This document shows positions 13,153 to 24,889 of a stretch of 64,000 nt of DNA, piece by piece. Origin of the DNA: Squalus acanthias (Eukaryota). Made by a program: the position numbers and the translations under genes. The first letter of the stretch is position 1. Each line of letters opens with the position of its first letter. Location of the stretch: assembly GCA_030390025.1 (NCBI GenBank), contig CM059432.1:147376001-147440000 (forward strand), written 5' to 3'. The notes beneath the pieces are model-generated. The model saw only the letters and a program-made list of their open reading frames with translations. It was not told the origin of the DNA and searched no databases.

Positions 13153-13953
13153 TACAAGTGGCATAAAACCACGATTATGTTCTTCAAAACAATCGGTGAA
13201 GTCAATAACAGCTTAGTTCTATTGTGTGCTATTGCGCTCTTACTGTGTAAATCTTTGCTTTCTTAAAAGGGTTATTTAGAGGACACATACCTCAGCTCCC
13301 ACTGGGAATCTGTGCTTGAAGGGAGCACTGGTTGGAGATAGAACTAGAATATCGCAGTCCCAACTCTTCAACCCAAATTCCCTGTGAGTACCACTCCCTG
13401 CTGGGAGTGCCTGATCATGGAGTAACTCTCGGCATTACCGATCATCAACAGAATGATCGGTGAGTGCCACTATGTTTCCAAAACTTTCACTGTGCAAACC
13501 CAAATTCCCTCCTTTTCTAAATGTGACAAATGTATTAGACATCAGTTTAAAAAGTGCTGCCACCGGTGGAGGAAGTACAAACGCACCGTTCGCCCGTGTT
13601 TAGTACTTCTCTCAGCGTCGTTACTCCAAAAACAGATGTGCAAAAAGTGTGTCAAAAATGTTTTGTGCTTTTTAAAAGCCAATTATAGGAAGCTTGTGCA
13701 CAATTACACAGCATTGAATACTCTTTGAAAACTCACTAGTCAAGAAAACTGTGAAAGTATCAGCACAGCCATTAAAATGTATAGGATACCGAGCTATTTA
13801 TCATCGACATGCAAATGGTAGGCAGCCACTAACGCACAATTAATGCATATTATTTTCCTGAGAGGTGCGCATGTTCAAATTCTGAGCCAATCAAACATGA
13901 AGCAGCTCTTTAAGGAGATGAAAGAACAGTCAGGATATCTCAATTCAGTCCTT

Positions 13954-14791
13954 GGGGGTGATTTTGCCAATGGGGAGCTTTTGGAGGCGGGACCCCCACT
14001 TGTTGGGTTTTAGTCCCGCCTCCATCAACTTCTGGCCAACCCACGCTATTTTCCCTTGATTGACCCTGTTAAGCCCGCCCAGCGGGCTCAGCAGGCCAAT
14101 TAAGGGAAAGCCGGTTGCAGAGAACGTTAACGTATGATGTTTCATCTGTCAAAAATTTTTGACAGATGAATTGTCATCGTTTGACAGCTCTGTGAAGCTG
14201 TCAAACATGGACATTCTCTGTAGTTTGATGAGGTTTTGGATTCAAGACCTCATCAAACTTCTTTCTTTTGCAGAAATGAGATGGTTGTTGCATTGGAGAA
14301 TGCAACGGCCATCTGTCATCTCTACCGCGGAGGTGCGAGACTCTCCGCATACCCACCGACTGAAGCCTGCAGGAAGAAACAAAGGTAAGTACACTTTTTC
14401 TAACACTTTCCACTTACCTCAGACACTCACCTCTGCACACTTGCACCCATCACTTACCTTCACAGCACACTTTTGCACCCCCCGACCCCCGCAGACCCAG
14501 TACTCGCCTCGCTGACCTGGCGGGTTTCGAAGCCTTTGGGAAGCCCGCACTTGTGAGGGCAAAAAGGGGATAATCCTATTTTCTGCCTGTTAACCTGTTA
14601 ACCTGTTAACAGGCAGTTAATAGGCTTTAATCCCTTCCCGCCTCCAAGGAGACGGGACCCGGCACAGGACGGCTACCTGCCTCCTGGCAAGCTGGCATGG
14701 ATGTGGGTTGGGCACCCACCCCCAAATTCTGCCATTTTCCCGTCAGTCCCACCTCCATACCCGCCTCCCCAGGGCTGGCAAAATTGCCCCC
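13954..14791. mobile_element. Harbinger-type MITE
   Basis: TIRs GGGGGTGATTTTGCCA / TGGCAAAATTGCCCCC; 3-bp TSD CTT. Confidence 0.8.
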
Positions 14792-14949
14792 CTTGTATCC
14801 CAGTAGAGGACAGCTAGGATGATGCACTGTGCCAACCAGGGCCTTCATTGAGCAAACATTAGGATATGGGTGCTGACTTAGGGGCAGTCAAGGGAGTTAC
14901 GGCTCCCTTGATGTTACAATCTGTGATGATTGATCTTTGCGTCAAGGTG

Positions 14950-15388
14950 TCAGCCGTGGCTCAGGGGGTAGCAATCTCGCCTCGGAGTCTGTGGGTTCAA
15001 GTCCCACTCTTGAGAACAAAATCTAGGCTGGCACTTCAGTGCAGTGCTGAGGGAGGCTGTACTGTCGGAGGTGCCGTCTTTCAGGTGAAACGTTTAACTG
15101 AGGTCCTGCCTGCCCTCTCAGGTCAACTCAAAAGATCCCAGGTCACTATTTTGAAGATAAGCAGGGGGGTGTTCTCCCCGGTGTCCCGGCCAATACAACC
15201 CTCAACCAACATCACTAAAACAGATTAGCTGGTCATTATCTCATTGCTGGTTTGTGTAGTCTTGCTGTGTGCAAATTGACTACCACTTTTCCCTACATTG
15301 CAGCAGTGACTACACTTCAAACGTGCTTAATTGACTGTGAAGGGCTTTGGGATGTCTTGAGGTGGTGAAAGGCGCGGTATAAACGCAA
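14950..15388 (+). mobile_element. Older copy of the Deu-domain tRNA SINE
   Basis: Colinear with 10937-11400 (A/B boxes, Deu core, tail). Confidence 0.85.
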
Positions 15389-15389
15389 A

Positions 15390-16100
15390 ACCAACAGAAA
15401 ATGCTGGAAAAACTCAGCAGGCCAGGCAGCATCCGTGGAGAGAGAAACAGAGTTAACGTTTCAGGTCGAAGACCTTTTTTCAGAACTGGAAAAAAGCCGG
15501 AAATGAAATAGATTTAAAGCAAGTATAAAGCTGGGAAAAGGGGGAGGGGATGAAAGAACAAAAGGAGAGATTAAGAGACATTGAGAGACATTAAGAGATG
15601 ATCAAGGCAAGAGGAGGTGTTAATGTGACAGGTTGAGGCTAAAAGAAGTGTGAAATGCGCTGGCAGAATGAAGGACAGCTGCCAGCTTCTGGGAGAAAGA
15701 AAAAGAAGGGGGGGCAAAACAAAAGGGTGGATGAAAAAATAAAATATAAATGTGATAGGGGCCGAGGTTATGATCTAAAATTGTTGAACTCTATGTTGAG
15801 TCCAGAGGGCTGTAGGATGCCTAAACGAAAGATGAGGTGCTGTTCCTCGAGCTTACGCTGAGCTTCCGTGGAACAGTGTAATAGGCCGAGGACGGTGAGA
15901 TCAGAGTGGGAGTGGAGCGGAGAATTAAAGTGACAGGCCACCGGGAGCTCGGGGTCCCCCTTACGGACTGAACGGAGGTGTTCTGCAAAGCGGTCACCCA
16001 ATCTGCGTTTGGTCTCCCCAATGTCGAGGAGACCACATCGTGAGCAGCGAATACAGTATACTAGATTGCAGGAAGTACAAGTAAATCGCTGTTTCACCTT
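15390..16100 (-). mobile_element. Penelope-like retroelement 3' part: GIY-YIG endonuclease plus pLTR
   Basis: QRFTCTSCNLVYCIRCSRCGLLDIGETKRRLGDRFAEHLRSV...VACHFN...EQHLIFRLGILQPSGLNIEF. Degenerate hammerhead-like motif near 15455-15487. Confidence 0.92.
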
Positions 16101-16780
16101 AAACGCAAGTTCTTTTTGCCTTGCTTGAGGATGAGACCAACTTGTTACAGAAGTTTGTATTGCAATTAAATCAGTCGATTCCCACACACCAGGGAACCAG
16201 GCAGTTCTCCAGTGCAGAGAAAGCTTGAATCCGTTGTAAGTGTTGAGAAGCAGGCTGCTGTCCAGGAAGTTCCACTGACTGAATATTTTCACTTTACACA
16301 TTATTTTCACTCTCACAAAGATAAACATTTCTGGTCTGCAATTCCACCCAGAGCTGCTCTGGGTGACGTGGACCACTCTCACAGGCAGCGCCATTGACCT
16401 AGCGGGATCCAGCACTTTGGAGAGAACTGGGAGCCAACCAAGAATGTCCGAGCTGCAAAGCCCTCCGCTGGCTCAGTGTGCAGCAGTAGCTCGTTGGTGA
16501 TGCACTTCTCTGGACAGCTCGATACCGGCCCTCCAGCCAATCTGAAATGCCACATCCTGCCAAAGTCAACAGAGCCGCTGGAGGAAAAGAAACCCTGTGA
16601 CATCACTGTGGTGACTCTGGGGGGCGACTGAGAGATACAGCCACATTCATTTTTTGGATTGGGAGAGTATTTTGTCAGAAATATTCTCTCAAAATGTCCT
16701 TCAGCAATGGAAATAACAGTAATAACAGATACTGTAAAGAAAAAGAGGAATTTTTTGAGTCTGTGTTGCTGGTAGGGAGC

Positions 16781-17466
16781 TTTAGAAACATAGAAAAATA
16801 GGAGCAGGAGTCGGCCATTCGGCCCTTCGAGCCTGCTCCGCCATTCAATATGATCATGGCTGATCCTCTATCTCAATACCATATTCCCGCTCTCTCCCCA
16901 TACCCCTTGATGCCTTTTGTGTCTAGAAATCTATCCATCTCCTTCTTAAATATATTCAGTGACTTGGCCTCCACAGCCTTCTGTGGTAGAGAATTCCACA
17001 GGTTCACCACCCTCTGAGTGAAGAAATTTCTCCTCATCTCAGTCCTAAATGTCCTACCCCGTATCCGGAGACTGTGACCCCTTGTTCTAGATCCCCTAGC
17101 CAGGGGAAACATTCTCCCTGCATCCAGTCTGTCTAGCCCTGTCAGAATTTTATACGTTTCAATGAGATCTCCTCTCATTCTTCTAAACTCTAGTGAATAC
17201 AGGCCTAGTCGACCCAATCTCTCCTCCTACGACAGTCCTGCCATCCCAGGAATCAGTCTGGTGAACCTTCACTGCACTCCCTCTATGGCAAGTATATCCT
17301 TTCTTAGGTAAGGAGACCAAAACTGCACACAGTACTCCAGGTGTGGTCTCACCAAGGCCCTGTATAACTGTAGTAAGACATCCTTGCTCCTGTAATCAAA
17401 TCCTCTTGCAATGAAGGCCAACATACCATTTGCCTTCCTAACTGCATGTTTGCTTTCAGTGACTGG
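16781..17466 (-). mobile_element. CR1 LINE 3' fragment, young subfamily
   Basis: ORFs with LVRPHLEYCVQFWSPYLRKD and LEFRRMRGDLIETYKIL; tail nearly identical to 61985-62280. Confidence 0.93.
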
Positions 17467-17894
17467 TATCCCTGGTGACTTTGCCCCTGGACAGGACATA
17501 TTGGAAATGTGGGCACTTGTTATTATCCATTAATGATTGGGAATTGTGGGCAGCAGTCACAGGACGTTTCTGACAAGTGCGGCCTTAAACCTGTGGATCC
17601 ATATAGCTTCAGTGGAAGCAGTTCCATTGTAAAACTAGGATATGAGTTAATAACACTAGCATAGCGTGTAGGAACACGTTCCTGCTATCAGACTTGGTAC
17701 TGAAAATTCAGCGATTCACAAAGCTGACAATCTGATGCTAATGACCAGCATGTGGATTTCTGTGCATCTCCTGGGCACATATCTACCTATTACACCACTC
17801 GGGAAATTATTGCACACTCACCCCTCTACTGGCAGGGATCAGATGCAGCCCTTCCTGCAATCAGCCAGTTCACTGACCCCTGTATGGATCAGAC

Positions 17895-17897
<3 letters not shown>

Positions 17898-17926
<29 letters not shown>
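17898..17926. repeat. (TA)n microsatellite
   Basis: Seen directly. Confidence 0.95.
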
Positions 17927-17928
<2 letters not shown>

Positions 17929-18177
17929 CATATACCAGACTGCCAGGGGATGCAGACACATACTGGTACATAGAAAATGGCAGTACACATGTGTACTGAT
18001 GCATCTAGTTTCTTTGTGCCAGTATTTGTAGAAAGGACAGAATATTTTGAACTGGACAGAATTTCAATACTCTCAAATTAATCTGAAGTAGCCACATTGA
18101 ACTCCAGGTGCAGTTCTCAAATCTCATTCTAATGAAGGGCTCCAGAATAAATGACATTCACTTCAAGGCCACAGTAC

Positions 18178-18339
18178 CTGGGATGAGAGGAGGTACATAT
18201 TGCACAGGGGTATCCTTTCTCCTCGGCTTTTTCCGCTCAAGCTCGGTGTCCTTCGACTCATCTGTAGCTTTTTCTTTCTCACTCTCTTCATTTATTTCAC
18301 AGGTTTTTATTAGCTGCTCTGAGAGGTTTGAAAGATCAT
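18178..18339 (-). CDS. PPP1R17: PPP1R17 (G-substrate), internal exon with the PKG phosphorylation repeat
   Basis: 162-nt phase 1-1 exon encoding (D)DLSNLSEQLIKTCEINEESEKEKATDESKDTELERKKPRRKDTPVQYVPPLIP(G). KKPRRKDTP is the G-substrate signature. Acceptor TTTCTTTCTGACAG, donor CCAG|GTACTG. It joins the 42083 exon in frame (G|AT=Asp). Confidence 0.93.
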
Positions 18340-18949
18340 CTGTCAGAAAGAAATGTGCAGAGTTACATGTGAATGAACCGCCCGAGTCACCATCATTGAA
18401 AGCCAATTATTACACTGGCAAGAACTAGGCAGCGGATAGTGATCTTGTTCAAGCAGTACCTACTTCAAACAGAAAAATCAGAGAGAGAGAGAGAATTAAA
18501 TTTTCTAACAGCGAACAGGTGCACAAAATGATTAATGTTCAATTCTGTACCTTTGTGTTTCAGAGACACTGCACTGAGAGAGATAAGAGAAGGGGGTGAG
18601 GGGGAAGATACCAAAAGCCCTTCTTATGAAACAACTATTCCAACATGAATGGGGCTTTGTCTACATTGACTACGTTGACTGTGTGCTAAGAGTGCTCGCT
18701 CTGACAAAGGGTGAAAAAGCTTTCAAAGATGTAGGGGTTGAAATGACTGTAAGTGCGTTTTCATGTGCAGAATAGGTGCCATGCTCAGAGCACGTGCTCC
18801 ATCATGTGGCCGCAAAGAAGGCCCCAAATGTGTGCCCACCATTGGGGGCAACAATTTTTGCACATTGCGAACACCATTTAAAGGCAACCTGTACCTCATG
18901 TCCTAGTCCTGCCGCACAGGGTACAGATGGAGACATCAACGGCCCACCA

Positions 18950-20580
18950 TACATAACAAGACTGCTGGCAATCCCCACGGACCTTTTAATACACTGGGCT
19001 GCCAACGAGCTTGTGCACAATGTTGGAGAGCATGGAGGAGTCCAACTCCAACTTGTGTGCTGTCTTTGAGCACGGCATCGAGACCATGCAGTCAAACATG
19101 GAGTGAGTGGTCTTCTTTCTGTGCACTGCAGGGGGCCCCACAGCAGTGAAAGTCTGTTGACAGCTCTGGCAGCTCTGATGGGAGCTCAGACTGCTGCCAT
19201 CTTGGCTCTGGGGTCCAACATTACCTTTGGCTTACAAAGCCTGGATACAGAGCGTGGATAGCGGCTCCGAGAGCCTCCCAGCATGCTTTCACTCTGCTCT
19301 CTTGCAGAACAGCGGGAGCACTAAAGCTCAGCTCCCTGGTTCAATGGGAGAGGCACCTACTAACCTCTCTCAGAATGACAACACATCTGCTCCCACACCA
19401 CCCTCTCAGTCGGCGCCCTTGGTGCCAGACAGTCAGCTGAGCTAGACCGCCCTGGCCAAAGCCGAGTCCCAGAAGTCTGCTGCGGGTGTCGTCAATGTCC
19501 AGCGCTCCTCGAGATCGCCCACCACGGCCATCTCAAATGCCCTGAATGGAACTTCAGCCGCTTTCCACCTCTCAGGTTCCAGCCACAAAGTAAAATGTTT
19601 TGTTTTGGTATTGCTGTTAGTCTTCATAATCTTAGTGATGTAACAGGAACACCCATGAAGTTGTACTGTTTGATATGGTGGGTATCTGGACTGGGTTAAA
19701 TGGAAGGAAGGAGCGTTGGTGCTGGGGGGCAAGGGAGGGAATGATCAGGAGAATCTCTCCTTAATAATTTGCTGCCTTACAGCTCTGACAGCTCGCAGGA
19801 CTGCTGGGCCATGCTTTTCTTCAGCTTCCTCCAGCTCCTCATCCTCATCTTCATCTTTCTGCTCAACCTTTCTTCTCAGGCAGCTCCAAGACAATTCCCT
19901 TTTGAATGGCAATATTGTGAAGCAGGCAGCAACCAATTATGAGCCTTGACACTCAAGCTAGGCTGTACTGTATGATTCCTCCTGAGCTGCCCAGACAATG
20001 GGACCATCGTTTCTGGACGCCAGTGGTTTGCTCAATCAGTGCCCTTGTTGTTGCATGGCTCTCATTATATCAACGCTCTGAGTCTGCGTCCGGATTTCAG
20101 ACAGGATTCATGAGGCAGTGGATGGATGTATACACCTTGTCCCTCAGCAGCCAGCCTGCCAGATGGTCTGGGTGGAACAGAGGGCGTATGGAGGACTGCC
20201 GCAATACGAACGCAACATGACGACTGTAAGGAAACCAGGCACAGACCGGCATGAGTCGCTGTCTGTGGTCACAACCAAGTTGAATATTGAATGAATGGAA
20301 TGCTGTTCCTGTTCAGAAACAGAGCTGGTTCCTGAAGGGGAGCTCGCAGGGCTATGTGCGCGCAGTCCATGATGCCCTGCACCTGCAGGATTCCTGCAAT
20401 GTGGGCAAATCCCAGTGCTCCTTTGTCCTGCTTGTGAGCCTCTCTGCAGAAGCTAATGAACTGTTACCACCTCACAAACAGTGACCTTCCGGATGGCAGT
20501 GTGCAAATTGACTGATGCTGCTGATGTAACCAGAAGCAGTTTGGAGGCATAAAAGTTTAAAGCCACGGTGACAGTCACAG
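18950..20580. mobile_element. Old Harbinger remnant: 3' part of Myb gene on +, transposase on -
   Basis: SMEESNSNL-like segment near 19030. On the minus strand near 19745-20560: WLLRDKVY, YNESHATTRALIEQT, VAACFTIL and an acidic tail. Confidence 0.75.
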
Positions 20581-20610
20581 TGCACTCAATAAGTGTGGAA
20601 AGAAAACATC

Positions 20611-21782
20611 AGGGCCTTAGTTTTAATCGTGAGGTGGGTTGAGAGCTGGCGGGGGGGGGGGCGGTCTCGGAAGCGGCCGGGAAACCCGGGAGAATGGGTT
20701 TCCGAAGGCCCGGCCGAATTTAACAGCAGGGCCTGATTTCCATTGGAAATTTCTGTTTCCCACCCGCAGCCACTCAGATTGAGAGGCTCAGAGGCTGGCT
20801 GCGGGTGGGTAGGCCTGCGGCACTAGGCCGCAGAGAGGAGGGAGGGATTACATGGGTGCCGGGGGTTGGTCGGTGGGGGGGTGGGCGTGGAGGAGCACAG
20901 GGAGGGCCAGAGGAGCAGGGGTGACGATGGGACCGTTCGGTGGGCTGGAGGAGCGGAGGGGGGGGGGGGGTGGGGTGGTGTTGGGAGGGTGGGGTGGTAT
21001 CGACCGATCAGAGGGCCGGAGGAGCAGGGGTGACGATGGGACCGTTCGGTGGGCTGGAGGAGCGGAGGGGGGGGGGGGGGTGGGGTGGTGTTGGGAGGGG
21101 GGGGTGGTATCGACCGATCAGAGGGCCGGAGGAGCAGGGGTGACGATGGGACCGTTCGGTGGGCTGGAGGAGCAGGTGTGGGGGGGTCGGGACCGATTGG
21201 GGACTGGATCGGCTGATCGGGGGCCAGAGGAGCAGCTGTGTTTGGGGGGTGATCATTGGAGGGCTGGAGGATTGCGTGGGGGCCGGGGGTGATCGGGGGG
21301 AGGGGGGGGAGTGGGGTCAGGGGCAGCAGATGACCGGGGCCCAGGGGCAGCACAGGGGGGGGGCCAGGAGTAGCATTGAGGGGGGGTGGGAGAACTCATG
21401 GGGGGGACCGGCGGCCTCGTGGGAGGAGATCAGAGGCCTTGTGGGGGGGTCTCTGATCACGCGAGGTGGGTTAGGCAGGGACGCTGGTCTCAGGAGGTAA
21501 GTGTACCTCCTGGATCCAGCAGTCCTCGCCTTACTTTAGCTGGCGGGTTTCACGAGGCCTGCAAAACCCGACCAGCTAAAGCTTAACCTAAACCAGCAGC
21601 CTCATTAAAATATTTAACGACCAGGCTCCTGGGAACGGCTTGTCTGCTGGGCCCCCGTCCCGCCTCTGTTAAAACCGGAAGTGGGCGGGCTGGAGGTGGG
21701 TTCAGGTCGGGATTCAGACTTTTAACACTTTAACTTCCCACCTGACCCCAACCCAACCGTTTTTTGGGGTTAAAATCCCCCC
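20611..21782. mobile_element. GC-rich MITE-like element with an internal ~110-bp G-rich tandem repeat (20910-21180)
   Basis: Imperfect inverted ends (...TTTTAATC / GTTAAAATCCCC). GGAGCAGGGGTGACGATGGGACCGTTCGGTGGGCTGG occurs three times. Confidence 0.6.
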
Positions 21783-23297
21783 CCCCCTACACTTAAAGTA
21801 CTTGGTGCAGTCGTGGGAGATTGCTGTATTGACACTAATCAAAGCCTTGACAAATAAAGTACCCTCCGCTGAACAAGAAGCACTCAAGCACCATAATTTA
21901 CTGCACTTGACCATGAGAGGATGTCTCCTCTTGGAGCGTTCCTGAATCATGTTGTGTGCTGAGGTACCACACTTAAAACAGGAGTGCTCACAGTAGCTGC
22001 TGCCGGTTATGTTAATTTTAATTTATCAACCATCAACATTAAAATAAAGCATGTTATGGCAACAGATTAAAATAATTCTTCTGGAGTACTGACATATTCA
22101 ATTAAAAGCAGGTTATTTAACCACACGCTGAGCAGCATTGAAATCAGGTAAAATTTCATTTACATTTAAAACAAGACAAGGTGTAGTTTCTTTGGCCACG
22201 ATATTAACTCGGAGGTGCGTTGGGAGCGGAGGGTCTGATATTGCATGGGAAACCTGAAAGTAGGTTCAGCGCGTCTGTCAGTTGTATTTTAACGCAGCCA
22301 GCTCATTATCATTTTACTTCTGGGTTTGGCGTCGATTGCTCGGCAGCGGGTGTGATGAGGACCCGCATGACACGATGCCAACTCCAGTCTTTAAAGGGCC
22401 AATCCAAAGATGGAATTTGGAGGAGTTTGGAGTTGGAAGCAAGCGAAGACATGGTGTGACAATGGATTCAGGATGCTCGAAGGCTGAGCCCCGCTTCAAT
22501 GGCGCTGCCCTTGATGCACTGATGGGGGCCGTGAGGAGCCGGAGAGAGATACTCTGCCCCAGCAACGAGAGGACGAAACCTGCTGCTGCCACAAAGAAGG
22601 CGCGGCTGGAGGTAGGCCAGGAGGTCAGCAGCAGGAGCTTTGTGCCACGCTCCTGGATTCAGTGCAGCAAGTGCTTCAATGACCTAACCAGTTCAGGAAA
22701 GTGAGCAGAGTTTCACACTCACCGACATACTGCTGTGCGCATCTCATCCCACCCCATCACTCTGCCTTGTCAAGCCTACTCCATCACATCACTCCTCACA
22801 CCCGCTTACCTTGCAAGCGCACCCATCCTTCTCTTTCTGTGCACTTCCTCACATCCCCATCTATCCATCCACCGCTACCACTCACCCTCATCCTTATGTA
22901 ATTTCACGCCTCGCCCTGATAGTCACCCTCACCAAATGCATTGCATCCGTCGGTTGAACACACGCCATTACAGTCATTCATGGGTCTGTTCTTTCCCCCT
23001 GTTGCAGGAGAAGAGAGCACAGAACACGAGGGAGAGGGAGAGAACCGGAGGTGGCCCTCCACAGATTTGCCAGCTAACAACTGCTGCAGAGATCAGTGGC
23101 GTTTTGCTGTCCCTGGCCATCGGAGATGGGGAGATGGAAACCTACCAGCTATATGATAACACGATTAAATATCAGCGGCCCACATGTCATACAACACTCA
23201 GTCATGTTGACTTGATTTCAACAGCGAGTGAAATCTGATCATCTTCATAATGAGAAGTTGCAACATTCATACCTCGCCAGGACTAATTCACATCTTG

Positions 23298-23924
23298 GAG
23301 TAAAGCTTCCGCTTTCAGCAATACGGGGCACAAATTGCACCCAAAATTGCACCTGTTTTGAGAAGTGATTTTTTTTCTCTCTCGAGTTTCCGCTCAAACT
23401 CATTCGTACGTCACCAAAGGCAAAGTCTGGCTTGAACCAGCGCAATCAGGCAGCATTTTAAAATGTAGTATTTTTTTGCTTTAAAAAAATATTCCTTGAT
23501 ATATTTAAAAGTGGTAACTTGGTGCAGCACGAATAATACAACTGAAAATGGGTTTATCACAAAAAAAAATCAGCATTTTTAATCAGAGTGTCGCTCCACC
23601 AACTCAGCAACCCCGATTTTAAATGACGGAAAATGACTGAAAAAAAATATACAGCAACATTTGTTAATTATATTGGGGCACAGTAGTCAGTGTCTGTTAC
23701 ATTCAAAAGGTTTTGAAAATGTCCCGGGGGCATGGCGGCCAGTTTTGTGGGCAGGGCCAGCTTCGAGCGCGATGTTTTTTAAACAGGCGCATAAGATGGC
23801 GAAAGCTCAATTTTCACTCAATGTCATTTAAACCTCAAATTCTGCAATCATTTGCACTGGCCATGCCGATTTCAGGTGGATTGCGCTGAAAAAACCAGTA
23901 CAACCGAGCGGAAATTCCACCCCC
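23298..23924. mobile_element. MITE nested in a Harbinger intron
   Basis: Imperfect TIRs GGAGTAAAGCTTCCGC / GCGGAAATTCCACCCC. Confidence 0.6.
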
Positions 23925-23973
23925 TTATCTCTCCGCCAGACCCTTCACTGTGCAGAAGGAGTCCATGGACTCC

Positions 23974-24431
23974 GTATGAAGAGAGATTGGGTCGATTAGG
24001 CTTATACTCGCTGGAGTTTAGAAGAATGAGAGGGGATCTCATGGAAACTTATAAAATTCTAACAGGACTAGACAGACTAGATGCAGGAAGGATGTTCCTG
24101 ATGGCGGGGGAGTCCAGAACCAGGGGTCACAGTCTAAGGATAAGAGGTAAGCCATTTAGGACTGAGATGAGGAGGAATTTCTTCACCCAGAGAGTGGTGA
24201 ACCTGTGGAATTCTCTACCACAGAAGGCAGTAGAGGCCAATTCATTAAATATATTCAAGAAGGAGTTAGATATATTTCTTAAAGCTAAAGGGATCAAGGG
24301 ATATGGGGAGAAGGCAGGGACAGGGTACTGAATTTGGATGATCAGCCATGATCTCATTGAATGGCGGAGCAGGCTCGAGGGGCTGAATGGCCTACTCCTG
24401 CTCCTATCTTCTATGTTTCTATGTTTCTATG
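23974..24431 (+). mobile_element. CR1 3' end nested in a Harbinger
   Basis: YEERLGRLGLYSLEFRRMRGDL..., 3' hairpin, (TTCTATG)n tail. Confidence 0.92.
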
Positions 24432-24752
24432 GACCTTGCGGACGACAATTCTCAGAGGAGCTGATTCCTTCTGAGGGCGCACTGTCACAGGACTCATGCT
24501 CACCATGTACCAGCTCAGATACTCGCACTTCAGTGGGGCCAGTTAGACAGAGAGCTGGGTTTTCACCTGGCGGCTCACACTTCACAAGTGAGCAAGAGCA
24601 GTTGGTGGTGGCGGGGACCTGCAGCTCTCTCCCCCAGCTCTGCTCAGCTGGACTCAGATGCTGTATCCCGGGGGGGCCGTCGATGAAAAGGATAATCATT
24701 GAGGAGCAGCAGAGAATGTGCAATGTACTGACAGGCACACTGACCACGATTG

Positions 24753-24889
24753 AAACATAGAAAAATAGAAAAATAGGAGCAGGAGTCGGCCATTCAGCCC
24801 TTCGAGCCTGCTCCGCCATTCAATATGATCATGGCTGATCCTCTATCTCAATACCATATTCCCGCTCTCTCCCCATACCCCTTAATGCC
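24753..24889 (-). mobile_element. Short CR1 3' tail insertion
   Basis: Nearly identical to 16783-16915. Confidence 0.88.

Noticed and set aside
13548..13630. Minus-strand GVTTLRE peptide resembling the PPP1R17 last exon (GVTLLRDE)
   Set aside because: The match is too short, the acceptor is poor, and the acidic EDDEKD-like tail is absent.
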